Assembly: GCA_000934665.2 (NCBI GenBank)
Contig: JYFJ02000615.1
Coordinates: 1-64,000, forward strand
DNA: 64,000 nt
From: Catajapyx aquilonaris
Taxonomy: Eukaryota
Direction: 5' to 3'
In this document: positions 1 to 12,439 of the stretch, one piece after another
Layout: each line of letters opens with the position of its first letter
How positions within the stretch are numbered: position 1 is the first letter of the stretch
Made by a program: the position numbers and the translations under genes
The notes under the pieces: model-generated
What the model was told of the DNA's origin: nothing
What the model saw: only the letters and a program-made list of their open reading frames with translations
Databases searched by the model: none

Positions 1-930
1 TAGTGGTCATCAACCAAACTCGTTGACTAAACAACTTGCCAAAAAGTGGCGACGCTTGGAAACCGTTTTTTCCACTCTTCCTAGTATAAGCTCTTTGACT
101 CTGCCTAATTCTTCCCAGCCCCAAAGCACGAATGTTTTGAATTAAATTTGATTATCACACATCCCTATGAACGAACCAACCCCCACCTATGGACTTGTTT
201 CTTACTTTTAATCTCACCCAGAGGAAGAATAGTTTTCGGCAGTTTTACTGCTTATCCTCTTTGTTTCTCTCTCCATCTGTCCCACCTTTTTGTATTCTGA
301 TAACCACATTGCCATAGTTGCGTGGCTCTTTGTTACGCAAACAAACCAGAATTTTTACACCCTTGCAGTGCCTACATATGCAAGGGAATGAGCAGTTTTG
401 TATTTAATATTGCTTGAGATCTAAGAAGATTTCAGTGTAATTATCCACGCTCTTTTTTTCCCCGTGCGAAGAACGGGTACCGCTGCTAGTTAGTATATAA
501 AACTGATGACATAAAGTGAGGAACAGGTGCAAAAGGTCGTCCACAAAAAGGCGCTCACTGATCCATAGACCACTGTGCCACAGCAGAGGGCAGCAACTGA
601 CATGATGTTATGAATCGTAATCAGTAGTATATAGCTTATATTGCAAATGACGCTTTCCACATTTCCAGCATTTTTGCACAAAGGATGGCACTATTCAACA
701 ACATTTTTACATCAGGGTCATGCCCAGCATCTAATACACATGGCATGGCATTTAAACTGTGGGTTAGAAGTTATACTTCACTACCCTTCAAATAGATTTC
801 CCCCTGATACAGCAGGATCGCAAGCATCTCACAGGTGGATGTCATGGTGGAAAGAAGCACATTAGTGACCTGTTTCACGAGGTACCATGCAGATGAAGAC
901 ATTATTCCGATTTCTTATATTTTAAAAATA

Positions 931-1210
931 GGGCGACACGGTGGCGTTGCGGTTAGCGCAGCAGTCTTCCACCTCTATAAGGTCCCGAGTTCGATCCCCG
1001 CCGGGTCGGACGGAGGATATACTGGATACTTATGTGGATAGAGTTTCGATGGCTTCTCTCCGTGCTCGCGTGGGTTTTCTCGGGGTTCTCCTGTTTCCTC
1101 CCGAAATCAAAATCCATCACAGGGTGGGCAATGATTAACACATAAGTTTATCTCCAGATGAACTGCGGTTGGCATATGCCGTGTTTCCTCTGAGAGCCTC
1201 AATTGAAAAT
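931..1210 (+). mobile_element. tRNA-derived SINE with V-domain-like core (family A, copy 1)
   Basis: A-box-like GGTGGCGTTGCGGTTAGCGC and B-box GAGTTCGATCCC, followed by TCTCCGTGCTCGCGTGGGTTTTCTCGGGGTTCTCCTGTTTCCTCCC (resembles the V-SINE core). Second copy at 12239-12432. 3' end approximate. Confidence 0.8.
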
Positions 1211-2278
1211 ATGCGATCGAAAATTATAGCAACTCAATTAAACCGTAAAAATAAGTATTTAAAAAAATACATCTCCCTGTTTTCTCGGAATCGCTGGTTT
1301 AGATTTTTCGGTACTTTTGAACCTATAATAGACATACAGGGTGTATCATAAACACATAATGCAGCCCAATAACCGTTTGAGAGTAGGCCTATTTCATAAA
1401 TAATGAACATATTACTGCCCAAATATCAATATCCACTGCAATAACTCCACAATCGAACGTGCCGTAATGTATGCACACGCACAGAGAGATCATAAACTTG
1501 CAATATTTTGGCCCGATAATGGGTCAGTATAATGTCTACTGCTGCTGCCCTGTCATTCTTTTGCCTGAAATTGGGAATTTACAACTATTGCGACATTACC
1601 CCACAGCACGTGCCAATAAACCCTGTTTAGTAAAACTAGAAGAATGGATAGAAAAAAACCAAGCAGTTTCATAAACATAAGAATCATCCATTATTTAGTT
1701 TCATCAAATAGAAGGAGATGGGGGGGGGGGGGGGGGNTTGAAACGGCTTCAGTCTCTTTCCCCCTCTTTTTTTTTTTTTGCACCTTGGTGTGAAAGTAGG
1801 GGTCTGAGCGAGCCTAATTTAACTGCGATGGATGAGTCAGGAGAGTCTGTCCAAACTCGTCTGCCTGCGGCCTGCCTGCCCCCCCAGTGATTGGCAACAA
1901 CGCCACGATGCCAAAATTATCCCAGGCAGGTGACACTTTTCAAACAAAAAAAGAAAACTTGACTCTGGATGTAACCGACTTCAGGGGACCCCGAAAAAGT
2001 CTGTTATAACCGAGGTCTGTCAAATCGCCACTTTTGCAACGAATACGCAGTTTTCTGCTTTCCATGCGCTTATAATACCCACCACTGCATACATTCATGA
2101 AACTATATATCTTTAAAAATTCAATATCAGCTCACCCGTACATTACTCAGGACGAAAAGAAAAAAAATCCGTAGTTTCCTTTTTCCACCCCCTTGTTGCC
2201 AAATATAACAGAAAAAATATAATTTTGAGTAACACAAATAAATGACAGATGTACCCCGAAAATCGCTCCGCTCCTATG

Positions 2279-2840
2279 CAGGGTGTAAATGAATTCAACC
2301 GACAAACTTCTAGGGGTGATAGAGGGGACCAAGACAAACATTTTTGACATAGGAAACCGTGTCCGGAAACGCCATCTAGAGGGGGTTTATAGACGAGGAA
2401 CGGGTGCGCTCAGACGCGTCACGCGAGAGGCGCAAGTCGAGCGGACTGTTTTGTTGATAGATGGCGCGCAGTTGTTGCCAGGTTATGGCGTAACGGGTCG
2501 TTGTAAGTAAACAACAACACGATACGCCATAACCTGGCAACAACAGAACCGCTGCTGACTATCCGCGCGTCTCCTAGTAGGCGGACTTTAGTTGCTAGAT
2601 GACTCTGTTGTTGCCACGTTATGGCACATCGCATCGTTGGTTACTATCCGAGCGCCATCTATCAACAAAACAGTCCGCTCGCCTAGCGCCTCACGCGTGA
2701 CGCGTCTGAGCGCACCCGTTCCTTGTCTATGAACCCCCTCTAGATGGCGTTTCCGAACATGGTTTCTTATGTCAAAAATGTTTGTCTTGGTCCCCTCTAT
2801 CACCCCTAGAAGTTTGTAGGTTGAATTCATTTACACCCTG
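2279..2840. mobile_element. Tc1/mariner-type foldback MITE with ~190-bp TIRs
   Basis: CAGGGTGTAAATGAATTCAACC... at 2279 is the inverted copy of ...GGTTGAATTCATTTACACCCTG ending 2840. The right flank is TA; the left flank is TG (likely a mutated TA). An extra internal hairpin pairs ~2471-2492 with ~2523-2544. Confidence 0.85.
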
Positions 2841-3327
2841 TATAGTATTCTCGCTTGCTCCTGCAAGCGGGAAAGGAAGTTGAATATTGATAGAAACACC
2901 ATATTTTCATATTGCTGATTTCACATCTACCGTCAAAATGGTAAAATTCAATAGGCCTATAGTGGACTAATGTGCTGGAAGTATGCGCTCGTACGTGCAT
3001 AATTACGTGCATCTATGTGTATTGTGTATATACGGTTGTCACTTGCCTAAATATCCACAGCAATGTTGCTCCAATATGACCTTAGCATTTGGCGAATCAT
3101 AAAAATGTTTTCAAACTCATGTCCTAGTACTGTGTGGAACACTTTGCCAAATTACTTTTAAAATAGCAATATTTTTAGCAACATATTAATGTTGCCTTGA
3201 ATAGGCGAGGGCCACAACTTTGAAGTGGCATGTGTATGTCCGTGAAGCAGTGTGAAGCAATTCTCTAAGTAAAAAAAAAAAAAAAGCCCCGTAACTCATA
3301 TCAGCATTGTCCTACCTACAACACCTT

Positions 3328-4614
3328 TAAATCGTGTAGTCATTTTTTGAAATTTGGCACAGTTGTGGGGGGTGCCCTAAGCGACATACTAAGGGTTCTA
3401 GCAAGAAACACGTTCTGTACAAAATTAAACTACATTTAATGTCCACAAAACTGTCCGCGACATGTTTTCTGTAGGATCAATAGTTTATATTGTATAGATG
3501 AACATCTCCACCAGTCCAACTTTGTCAATTTAAAAAAACCTTACATCTTCGAATCTTTGAGAACCAGTGAGAAATATACCATAAGTTTCACTGTACTAAA
3601 TTTCAACTCCACCACTTGTACATGACTAGCTGTAGCAGCTGTAGTATGTCGGACGAATGTCGGACCCAAACCGGATCCATTGCGCCAGTCAAACTTTGTC
3701 AATTAATATCTCGAATACAAAAATCATTACTTTTTTTTAAATGACGAAGAATTGGGGTGAATAGGGTTTCTGCAAGTGACCTTCCAGGGAATGGAAAGAT
3801 AATATAATAAAATAGCGTAAAACCTGGTAAAACCAGTTCACAAAAGTTAATCCCGCTCCCCCCTCCCCCAGCTTACTGCGCAGTTGTCATTTTTGGTGAC
3901 TGTTGAAAGCGTGTCTCATTCACCGAGTTCTTATGATTGTCACCCAGGCCATTGTCTCTGATGCCAGCGATATATTCTCTAAAAGCCACCTGGAAACTTC
4001 GCTGGGAACCTCTAGAGCCATTTTCTTGTTGTTAGTAATTGCACGGAGTAGTATAATTGAATAAGCCTGAAGTTATTGTTTCCATTAGCAAGACAATGTT
4101 CCTATTGAACAGAGACATGCATGTTCTCATCAAAATTAATATCAACTGAAGTTTTCGTGGTGCCTCTTCGCCTCTGTTCTGCTAGCTTTGTATTGTTGAC
4201 ATCACCGTAACAGACAAAAACCACTGCAGTTTTCACCATAATGTTTACGCAGATAAGCTATACTGATCACAAATAGAAGAAAACTTGCAGCCAACATTCC
4301 ATTTCACATGGTGAAGGAGGAAGCCACCATCTACAACATTTTAAGGTCCATAGTTGTATAGGCCTTCTACTCTCTGCAGGAAATGCATCATAGAGTGATG
4401 ACTTCGTTGACTTCCCCATTCCACCCGGGTCATTGAAGAGGGCCTATGGGAATGGGGATAACTCATACCGTACCTTAAAAAATCTGCAACATCTTCATCA
4501 CTCTTTTTTGCAATAGCGGTTCTTTGGAAAATCATTAGAGGGTCAACAACCACTGGTTAGGGCACCCCCCCCCCCCCACAATACTGTGCAAAATTTCAAA
4601 AACTACACGATTTA
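3328..4614 (-). mobile_element. Inverted-repeat-bounded DNA transposon remnant with a decayed FEN1/XPG-like (PIN) nuclease-type ORF
   Basis: Inverted repeats TAAATCGTGTAG...GAAATTTGGCACAG..GGGGTGCCCTAA at both ends. Minus-strand frameshifted peptides at ~4040-4553: VDPLMIFQRTAIAKKSDEDVADFLRY, V-DGGFLLH, LRKHYGENCSG, KLAEQRRRG. Confidence 0.6.
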
Positions 4615-5099
4615 TTTCTTCTAATCAGCGTTATTTGGTCTTCCTTGCCTGGGCTATAAAAGGCACCTGCTACCAGGCACCTACGAATCACATGAGTCAC
4701 ATCTTCTTGGCTATATTCTTCTTGGCTATAACTAGTCCCACAAGCGGTTTATCGACTTTCCCAACCTAAAACAAGCCCCTTTCCTCACCCTTTTATCTTA
4801 TTTATCATATACCACGGGTCTCACAGAAAAGCTCAGATCTGGCAGTATCAATAATTACAAGGAATATTGCCTATTTTGTCTTATTGTAACTTTAAATGTA
4901 GGTGGCAACAACATCTCTGCATGTGCATATACAGATATCATTGATATCATATAATATTATCTACAGGGTAGTAGACCGCTCACAAGGAAAGATCACGACA
5001 TGTAAATGGAGTTGCTGAATGAAACTTGGCACAGTAGTCCAGGAGAGATATGGTTTGAGGTCAAAAAATTTGCAATGAAAATTAAGTTTTCACCATCGT

Positions 5100-5145
5100 C
5101 AGGGATGGAAAAAGAACCGCTTCTTCGGTTCTTTTTCCATCCCTG
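5100..5145. mobile_element. 46-bp hAT-type micro-MITE
   Basis: Perfect 20-bp TIRs CAGGGATGGAAAAAGAACCG, a 6-bp spacer, and an exact 8-bp TSD ACCATCGT (5092-5099 / 5146-5153). Confidence 0.85.
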
Positions 5146-5900
5146 ACCATCGTGTTCAGAAAAATGTGCAGAACATTATACCCAAAGTTCGACGAAATTT
5201 GGAGTTGGGGAACCCGCTGGAATCATGGAAAAATGGGGGCGAAAATGGGGTTTTCCGATTTATCTCGTAAATGGCTGCGTTAATGTGAATTCACAGAGAA
5301 TACAACCCGAAAGACTGGACGATTCTACACATATTCGATCCCTATTATTTCTTTGTAGAGCAAAACGCTACAAAGTTTTCGCCGATTATACATTGACACC
5401 ACATAACCACTCTAAGGAGATTTTTTTGCATATGTTCTGTTTTTACTCAAGTATTCATGTAAATAATGGTCACTTATCATTACTATACTGTAATAATAAC
5501 CCAGAGACAAGCTATCATTGAGAAATGATTGGTAATGATAACAGCTAATATAACTTATAACTATTATTGATATCAGTATTATATTTGTTCCCTGCACATT
5601 TTTCTGAACACAGTGGTGAAACGTTCATTTCTATTTCAATTTTTTGGGGGTTAGGGCAATTTTTTTCCGGATATTACCTGGACTACAGAGGCAGGTAAGT
5701 TATTCGTTAACTGACTTCATGTAAAACCACCAACAAACACTGAGAAAATGAGCATTTCATTATTACACTGTACTCCCGATTATCCTGGCAAATGGCTGCA
5801 CAGGTGTCGTCCGATAATCTAAAAACACTGATATTAAATTGGAAAAATTGACCTAGAAACCATAAAAATGAGCTCTTCACAGGTTTTTAATGTACTACGG

Positions 5901-6233
5901 GAGGCAAAGTGGAGCTGTGGTAAAGTACGCGCTCACGGATGTTAAGGTCCCGGGTTCGATCCCAACCCGGGGACACCCCCTTCATCTCGTGCAGAGTTAA
6001 GGGTCACCTCTGGCTTCGTCTCGGGTGGTATTTCCACAGACTAAACCACCCGGGGGAGTTCACTAAAAATTGCCATGTTTAAGACATTGCACTGCACCTT
6101 GCACATCCCCTCCTGTCATCCTGCCCATGGGCCCGGGCGTTTCAAATGAATAGGCACCGAAATGTACCTCATTAAATAAAGGTCCATGCGATATGCCCCC
6201 ATGTGGGGGCGAAAGCACATTACCCCAGCATTA
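5901..6233 (+). mobile_element. tRNA-derived SINE (family B)
   Basis: A box GTGGAGCTGTGGTAA, B box GGTTCGATCCC, 14-bp TSD TTAATGTACTACGG (5887-5900 / 6234-6247). Confidence 0.85.
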
Positions 6234-7171
6234 TTAATGTACTACGGTATATAGAGTATGCTGCTTGGTTGAATCAAGTAAGGTGGGTTGTACTGGTTAT
6301 AGCCATGCTAAGGTTTGAGAATTTTTCTAGCCGCCCCTTTTTTTTTTTTTTTTTTTTTTTGTAATTGTTCCCAGGGTAATGGACTTTCATAATAAAAAAT
6401 TTAATTCCCCATGAAAATAGTTTTACTGGTCCAAAAAATGTGAATTCCAAAAGTCTACCTAGTCGTCATATGAGGAACATGTGGACATGATATGGCCACC
6501 CTTGTTCCATGATGCCGAAATTAAATAATTTTGGTGTGAAATCAATAAACATGATACGAAATGATCCTTTTTGTTATGCAAAAGTGGGTTCAAAACAGGA
6601 ATTGCCATTAAAAATGAGGTTGTTTGCAAAATTGACATTACAATTTCTTTAAAAAAACAAAAAAAACATTTGAAATGATTCAAGAGAAGAGCACAAGACA
6701 AAATTGAGGTTGTTAAAACAAATTACTGTTCACAATTTGGACAAATAAAAATATAATACTTGATGTGGCCATGGTGCACTTGATGTGGCCATATCAGGAG
6801 CAGGTCAGCTTTTACGAAAATCGTTTGATTATGAACAACTCGTAAAACATACGCCATCAACGGCAACACCAATCGAAAGAGCATTAGACACAGAATAGAG
6901 TACGATGGCTTTCATGAAAAATGTATTTGAAAAACATGCATATAACAAAGAAGACGTACACGAGAAAAACAAGAAGAGGTCACACGAAAAAACACAAACC
7001 AGGCAACTGAGGCCATATGGCTCAACCTGGGTGGATGGGAAATGATCAAGTGGCACACTTGGAGGCCCCCTCACTGGCTGCTGATGCCATATAGCGGATT
7101 TCTGTGTTAGTTAACTCACAATAGCATATCAGGAGCATAACCGGTACAGTGTTGGACATTAAATATCGAGG

Positions 7172-7464
7172 GATTCGAGGCACTTTCAGTGGGGCTTAAC
7201 GTCGGCCTATTTCTGCCTCTAAGGCTCAACACCGATGCCAGGGGGTGGTCCTCCTCCTGGAAATTTGGCCACTCTGGGGATCTTTAACGTGCACTCGCGC
7301 AATGTCACAAGCACACGGGACCGACGGCTTTACTTCCCCTCCAAAGGAAGGCGCGCTCTCACTTTGCTACCACCCGGAGAAAAGTCACCGACCTCGGCCG
7401 GGTTCGAACCCACAACCTTGGGACCAGAGGCGAGCACGCTAACCTCTAGTCCACCAAGGCCGGC
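7172..7464 (-). mobile_element. tRNA-derived SINE with Deu/Nin-like central domain (family C)
   Basis: Minus strand head GCCGGCCTTGGTGGACTAGAGGTTAGCG..GGTTCGAACCC. Body GGAGGGGAAGTAAAGCCGTCGGTCCC..GCACGTTAAAGATCCC. Flanked by TATCGAGG direct repeats (7164-7171 / 7465-7472). Confidence 0.75.
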
Positions 7465-7832
7465 TATCGAGGCCATCGAGGCCGTCCATCAAGGCACTGG
7501 TGGCTAGCGACATTTTCCAAAGCAGCAGAAGAAGGAATCGAAGATAAGGATACTGCAAGCCGAGCGAGCAAGATTCCTCGTTCTACCGCTTCGGAAAATG
7601 TCGCTTGCAGTATGCCTCGATATATGTCCAACAGTGTAAGACCACCTTCTATAAGAGCAAAAACATTCCCTTCAGTGAAAAAAAGGGTAGTAAGACCTCC
7701 GTGGCGGAATGAAAGTACTGAAACAAGGCAGGCGCACGCAAGACCTTCCCCAATTGATTTAAGGTGTACCATAGGTCTTACTCAAGCAATTACCAATTTA
7801 CTGCTCATGAAATCTCCTTTCTGAAAGCCATT

Positions 7833-7958
7833 TGTGGAATTTTTGTCGTCCTACTAGCTAGTTAGGCCTACTTCTAACTTAGCAGTACAAGTGTAGTGAA
7901 ATGGTACTGCTGTTAGCAGTAACTAGAGTAACTAGTAGTGCGACGAAAATTCCACCCA
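7833..7958. repeat. Short palindromic MITE family (GAATTTTCGTC..TGCTAAnTTAGCA..ACGAAAATTC)
   Basis: Self-complementary. Related copies at ~23650-23712, ~23720-23789 and ~24945-25099. Confidence 0.6.
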
Positions 7959-7983
7959 TTAATTTTCCATAAGCCACTCCATA

Positions 7984-8902
7984 CGAGGTGTGATCGAAAA
8001 GTTCCCAGATTTTCGGTATACCGTGCAAACCAGTGGAGGTACGAACTTGTGACGCTACGGGGAGCTAGGAGCACCTTTCAGCTATCAGTCTGAAAAATAA
8101 AGTCTTCATAGACTGTGCACATGTTTCCGAGTTTCGACCGTTATCTTGACACGGTGTTCTTGTGCTTCAGCGATTTTTCGAAATGGCTGATGTTAGGGAG
8201 CAAAGGATTTGTAGTAAATTTTGCTTCCAGTTCAACAAAATTTCGGCTGCAACCCACCGAATGCTGAACAAGGCTTTTGATGAGCAATCTGTAAGACAAG
8301 CAATAACATATGAGTGGGTTAACAGCTTCAAAAGTGACGCGCCAAGTTCGCAGCAAAATCAACTCAATGCTGATCATTTTCTTTGACATTATAGGAATTG
8401 TGCACATGGAGTTTCTCCCACCTGGTAAAACTGTCAACGGCAAGTCTTACTGCGATGGTTTGAGATGATTTAGGCTCAATTGGCTGGAGATATGGAAGAA
8501 CAGAGACTGGTTGCTGCACCATGACGAATGCTGCCTGCACACACCTCACGTGTAGAGGTGTAGTCACGGACTTCCTGACAAAAAACAACATGACCACTGT
8601 TCCATACCCTGCCTATTCGTTTGCCCTGGCACCATGTGATTACTACCTCTTCCCTAAAATGAAATGTGGGTAGAAAAGGAGGCATTTGACTCCACTAAAG
8701 AGCTCTAAGCAAAATCGCAGCAGGTGCTAAACACGCTACGGCTGGCCAATTTTTTGGGGTGCTTCCAAAAATGGGAAATTCGCTGGGATCGTTGTATATG
8801 TGCCCAAGGTAACTACTTTGAAGGTGGCAGTGGAAATTAGGACTTAAAGTAATTATTAATGTTTTTATGAACACAGTCCGGGAACTTTTTGATCACATCT
8901 CG
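7984..8902 (+). mobile_element. Internally deleted mariner transposon with pseudogenised transposase
   Basis: TIRs CGAGGTGTGATCGAAAAGTTCCC / GGGAACTTTTTGATCACATCTCG with TA on both sides. Peptides EQRICSKFCF..YEWVNSFK, IVHMEFLPPGKTVNG, WLLHHD and LAPCDYYLFPKMK, with stops and frameshifts. Confidence 0.9.
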
Positions 8903-9449
8903 TATACGTGTTATCTGATATTAGGAACTTCAATATTAAGCACATTGAATCTCTAGACGATTGGTGCGAATTATTGCCATGAAACTTTCATGTAACCTCT
9001 TTTAGATGCTGATTTGAACTCTAATGTAATGCTGCTTTGGACATGTAAATGTAAATTGGTGAATTATAGAGGGTCTCTTTGATTGGATTCTGCATTTTCA
9101 GGAGTGAAAATTTCCAAGTCTGTGAGGATGGGTTTAATCCCCCCCCCCCNNCCCCCCCCCCCCCTCCCCCCTTTTTTTTCTTTTCAAAATAAAACCATGC
9201 CTACGGCTTTGAGAGTTTGCAGCAGTAATTTTTACGAGCCATTCCGCACATTACTTTAGAATTGCTTGAGTAAGACCTATGATACAGCACATCAATTGGG
9301 GAAGGTCTTACGTGCGCCTGCCTTGTTTCAGTACTTTCATTCCGCCACGGAGGTCTTACAACAATTTTTTTTTTCACTGGAGGGATTTTTTTTGCTCTTA
9401 TTTCAGTTCTTTTTTAAAACCCCTTAGCTACCAGCTATACCGCCATCTA

Positions 9450-9727
9450 ACCGAAGCAGGTTGGCATAGTGGATAAGGCGTCCGACTGCTAATCGGGAGG
9501 TCCTGGGTTCGAATCCTGGGGCCGGCAACTCTGACAGTGGTTTTCTGTGGTTTCCCACGGTCCTTCCAGGAAAATTCTGGAGTTGTTTCCGTAATTAACA
9601 GGCCACAGCCGCTTCCTTCCGTCCCTATCCCATCCCAAAAAGTGCAGTAAAATGAAAGCAAAGAGTTCCAGGCAAAAAAGAAAACTTCCCCCCTAAAGAA
9701 CCGAAAAAGGCTGATAACGGGGTATGA

Positions 9728-9786
<59 letters not shown>
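9450..9786 (+). mobile_element. tRNA-derived SINE with (ATT)n tail (family D, copy 1)
   Basis: A box TGGCATAGTGGATAAGGC, B box GGTTCGAATCC, body GGTTTTCTGTGGTTTCCC..GGCCACAGCCGCTTCCTTCC, long (ATT)n tail, 14-bp TSD TATACCGCCATCTA (9436-9449 / 9787-9800). Confidence 0.9.
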
Positions 9787-9790
<4 letters not shown>

Positions 9791-10689
9791 CCGCCATCTA
9801 CTAGATTGTCTCATACACGTACTCTGAGGATAAGGACAAGATATTTTACAAAATAATAATAAAAGCTATAGCGATATACGTATCATATACTAACATGTTT
9901 ATGCTATGCACTACAGTCTGCACTATGAATGCATTGGAGACAATTTTCGTCGCTTAGAAGTCCCTAAAATGATTTTCACAGAGAAAGTCGTAAAAAAAAA
10001 ACACACAAATACTACTGCTACCAGCCAACAGTTAATCCGATTTAATTATGAAATAGCCTATATGTTAAAATATGAGGAATATCTTTTGACTGACTTTGGC
10101 CTTGGGTAGATGTATTCTCAAACTGACATTGCCAGCTGCTGAGGAACATGGGCTTGATCCAGAGGCAGATGACCTCCAATCTCGTATATTCAGGTGAGGC
10201 TTCTTGCATATATTGCATGTCTGCGTCTGAACACGAGACATGGCCGAAGAGGGTGCATATATACTTGAAGGAAAGCGGAGAGCAGTGAAGACGGCTCGAA
10301 GCTGTCTTTGCTGCTTTTGCTTTGGATTCTGAAAATAAAAAAGAACAGCTCAGATTAAGTCACACATTAAATCACAGTGATCTGATCCCCAGCGAAAATG
10401 CCTTAAAGTTAATATCTCTCTTTTTGCGAAACAAAAGGAATGTGTGCTACTGAATATCTGTTGTGTAGTTAGTATGTATCCATCGTAGTGTATGACATTG
10501 TTGATTAAACTTGATAGATTAACATTCCAAAGCCTAGTCGAGTCTTTCAATAGCTACCTCCTAACGCAACAATATCAGATAAAGACTGGATATATGTTGC
10601 TAACTTCCACAGAGTCTTGGTAAAAATAATATTTTACAGAGACATTTCAATAATTGCTTTACCAAGCATACTTGGGAAGGGTCTCCTCG

Positions 10690-11273
10690 ACCAAAAGAGG
10701 CACAGATCAGTCGGTCAAAGGTCAAGGTGATGTTGGTTGTGATTTTGGATTGGAAACACATTTTTCTTTATGAATTTGGACCATTTTGTCAAATTGGCAA
10801 ACAAACAGTGCCGTACTAAAATGTTTTAGTGCATTTGAGGGATGCTGTTCCCAGGAATGGCCTCAATTGTGGGAACGACAGACTCGGGTATTGCGTCATG
10901 GCAATGCGCCGGCTCACACATCGCTCCTCGTCACCAGTTATCTGACGAAACATCAGACATCCGTTAAGTGCCAAATCTACCCTATTCTCCGGACTTAGTC
11001 CCACCAGACTTTTTGCTATATTCAAAACTTAAAAGCAATTTGAAATGACGTCATTTCCGAACCATAGAGGCGATTCATGACAATGTGACAAGAGATCTGC
11101 GCGCCATCATAGAAAGTGCGTTCCAGGAAGGATTCCAACAATGGAAGAAAAAATTAAAAACTGTCGATCGCCAGTAGAGGGAACTACTTTGAAGGGGACA
11201 GTACTTAAAATTATGCAAATTGAGCAATAGAGTCTGTATAGAAAAAGTTGGGTCTTTTTTTCAACACCCCTCG
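10690..11273 (+). mobile_element. 5'-truncated mariner transposon relic
   Basis: Decayed transposase motifs SKVKVMLVV, VLRHGNAPAHTS and PYSPDLVPPDF. The 3' TIR ends ..TTCAACACCCCTCG followed by TA. Confidence 0.85.
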
Positions 11274-11290
11274 TATGCAACGAACAGTCA

Positions 11291-11440
11291 AGGTGAGTTT
11301 ACGTGTCAGGGATTTGACGAGCGAAATCTTCGCCGAGCCTGAGTAACCCAAGTAACCAATATTGTTTGAGGCGAAAATCGATTGTTAATTTCAGCCTCGG
11401 TGAAGATTTCGCCCGTCAAATCGCTCACATGTATGGAGGG
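11291..11440. repeat. Small palindromic MITE-like element
   Basis: GATTTGACGAGCGAAATCTTCGCCGAG is inverted as CTCGGTGAAGATTTCGCCCGTCAAATC. Ends approximate. Confidence 0.55.
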
Positions 11441-11690
11441 GGTGCGGGCAAAAATTGGTTGGGTGAATGTGCATTGGGTGGGTTGTTACGGAACCGCCAA
11501 TAATAGTTTCATATGACCTTGCCAATGCAGCAGGAAACTCCCTGCCTTGTAACTCACTGTCAGTTAAACAGCTCCGAACTGTTTATGTGATATTTCAACA
11601 CTCTACAGCTGGAACTAAGCCTTCCTAAATGATGGCAATGATGTGAACTTCAGTACTTTAAAAATATTCATTAAAAAAGGTAACAAATAC

Positions 11691-12007
11691 TGGCCTTCAA
11701 GATCTCTGGTGAATCTTCATTGCCTGGCTTTACATGACGAGGCTTCTGCCTCTGGATCCCACGGGAAGACAGTGCCATGTCACTCTCCTCAATGCTGGGC
11801 TTCCTGGTGTTGCAATTTGCAATCATGTCATCCATCAGTTCTTGACGGCCTTTGAACTTGCTCTGAAACTCATCGCATTCCTTCTGCAGCTTCAATACCT
11901 CCATCTCAGACTTAGCCAAAGAGACCTTGAGAGAGTCTTTGGCACTAGCCACAGGGCGTAACTCATCATGTGACTGCCTGTTGCGCTGCCTCCATTTGTT
12001 CAGATCC
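11691..12007 (-). CDS. Putative orphan coding exon, coiled-coil rich, unknown product
   Basis: Strong polypyrimidine acceptor TTTTTCTTCTTATTCCTAG. 105 open codons (DLNKWRQRNRQSHDEL..SLAKSEMEVLKLQKECDEFQSKFK). Possible donor GTATTT. No homologue recognised. Confidence 0.35.
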
Positions 12008-12238
12008 CTAGGAATAAGAAGAAAAATAATGCACAAATGCACCTACAAGTTCAACGTTCACTTGCACACTATCTTTCCATGTCATTGGTCACTGGGTTCT
12101 GCCAGGGTATGTTTGATTAGGCTGATTAGGTAAAAAATATTGATGCATGTTGATGGGTGGGCAAAAATATACGAACTCACATCCGGTCTAGTGATTGGTT
12201 AAATTAATTTCATAATAATTGTCATTCACGAAATGTAT

Positions 12239-12432
12239 GGGCGACACAGTGGCCGAGTGGTTAGCGCCGCAGCCATCCATCTCTAAGGTTCCGAGTTCGA
12301 TCCCCGGGTCGGACAGAGGATGCTTATGTGGATAGAGTTGCGATGGGTTCTCTCCGTGTTCGCGTGGATTTTCTCAGGGTTCTCCCATTTCCTTCCACAA
12401 TCAAAACCCATCACAGCAAAGGCAATGATTAA
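12239..12432 (+). mobile_element. tRNA-derived SINE, family A copy 2
   Basis: Aligns by eye with 931-1140 from GGGCGACAC to GGCAATGATTAA. Confidence 0.8.
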
Positions 12433-12439
12433 AGTCGGG

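Noticed and set aside
931..1010. tRNA-like sequences (also at ~5901, ~7464, ~9450, ~12239, ~12915)
   Set aside because: They have A/B boxes but no complete cloverleaf, and they continue into SINE bodies, mostly with TSDs or tails. They are SINE heads, not tRNA genes.
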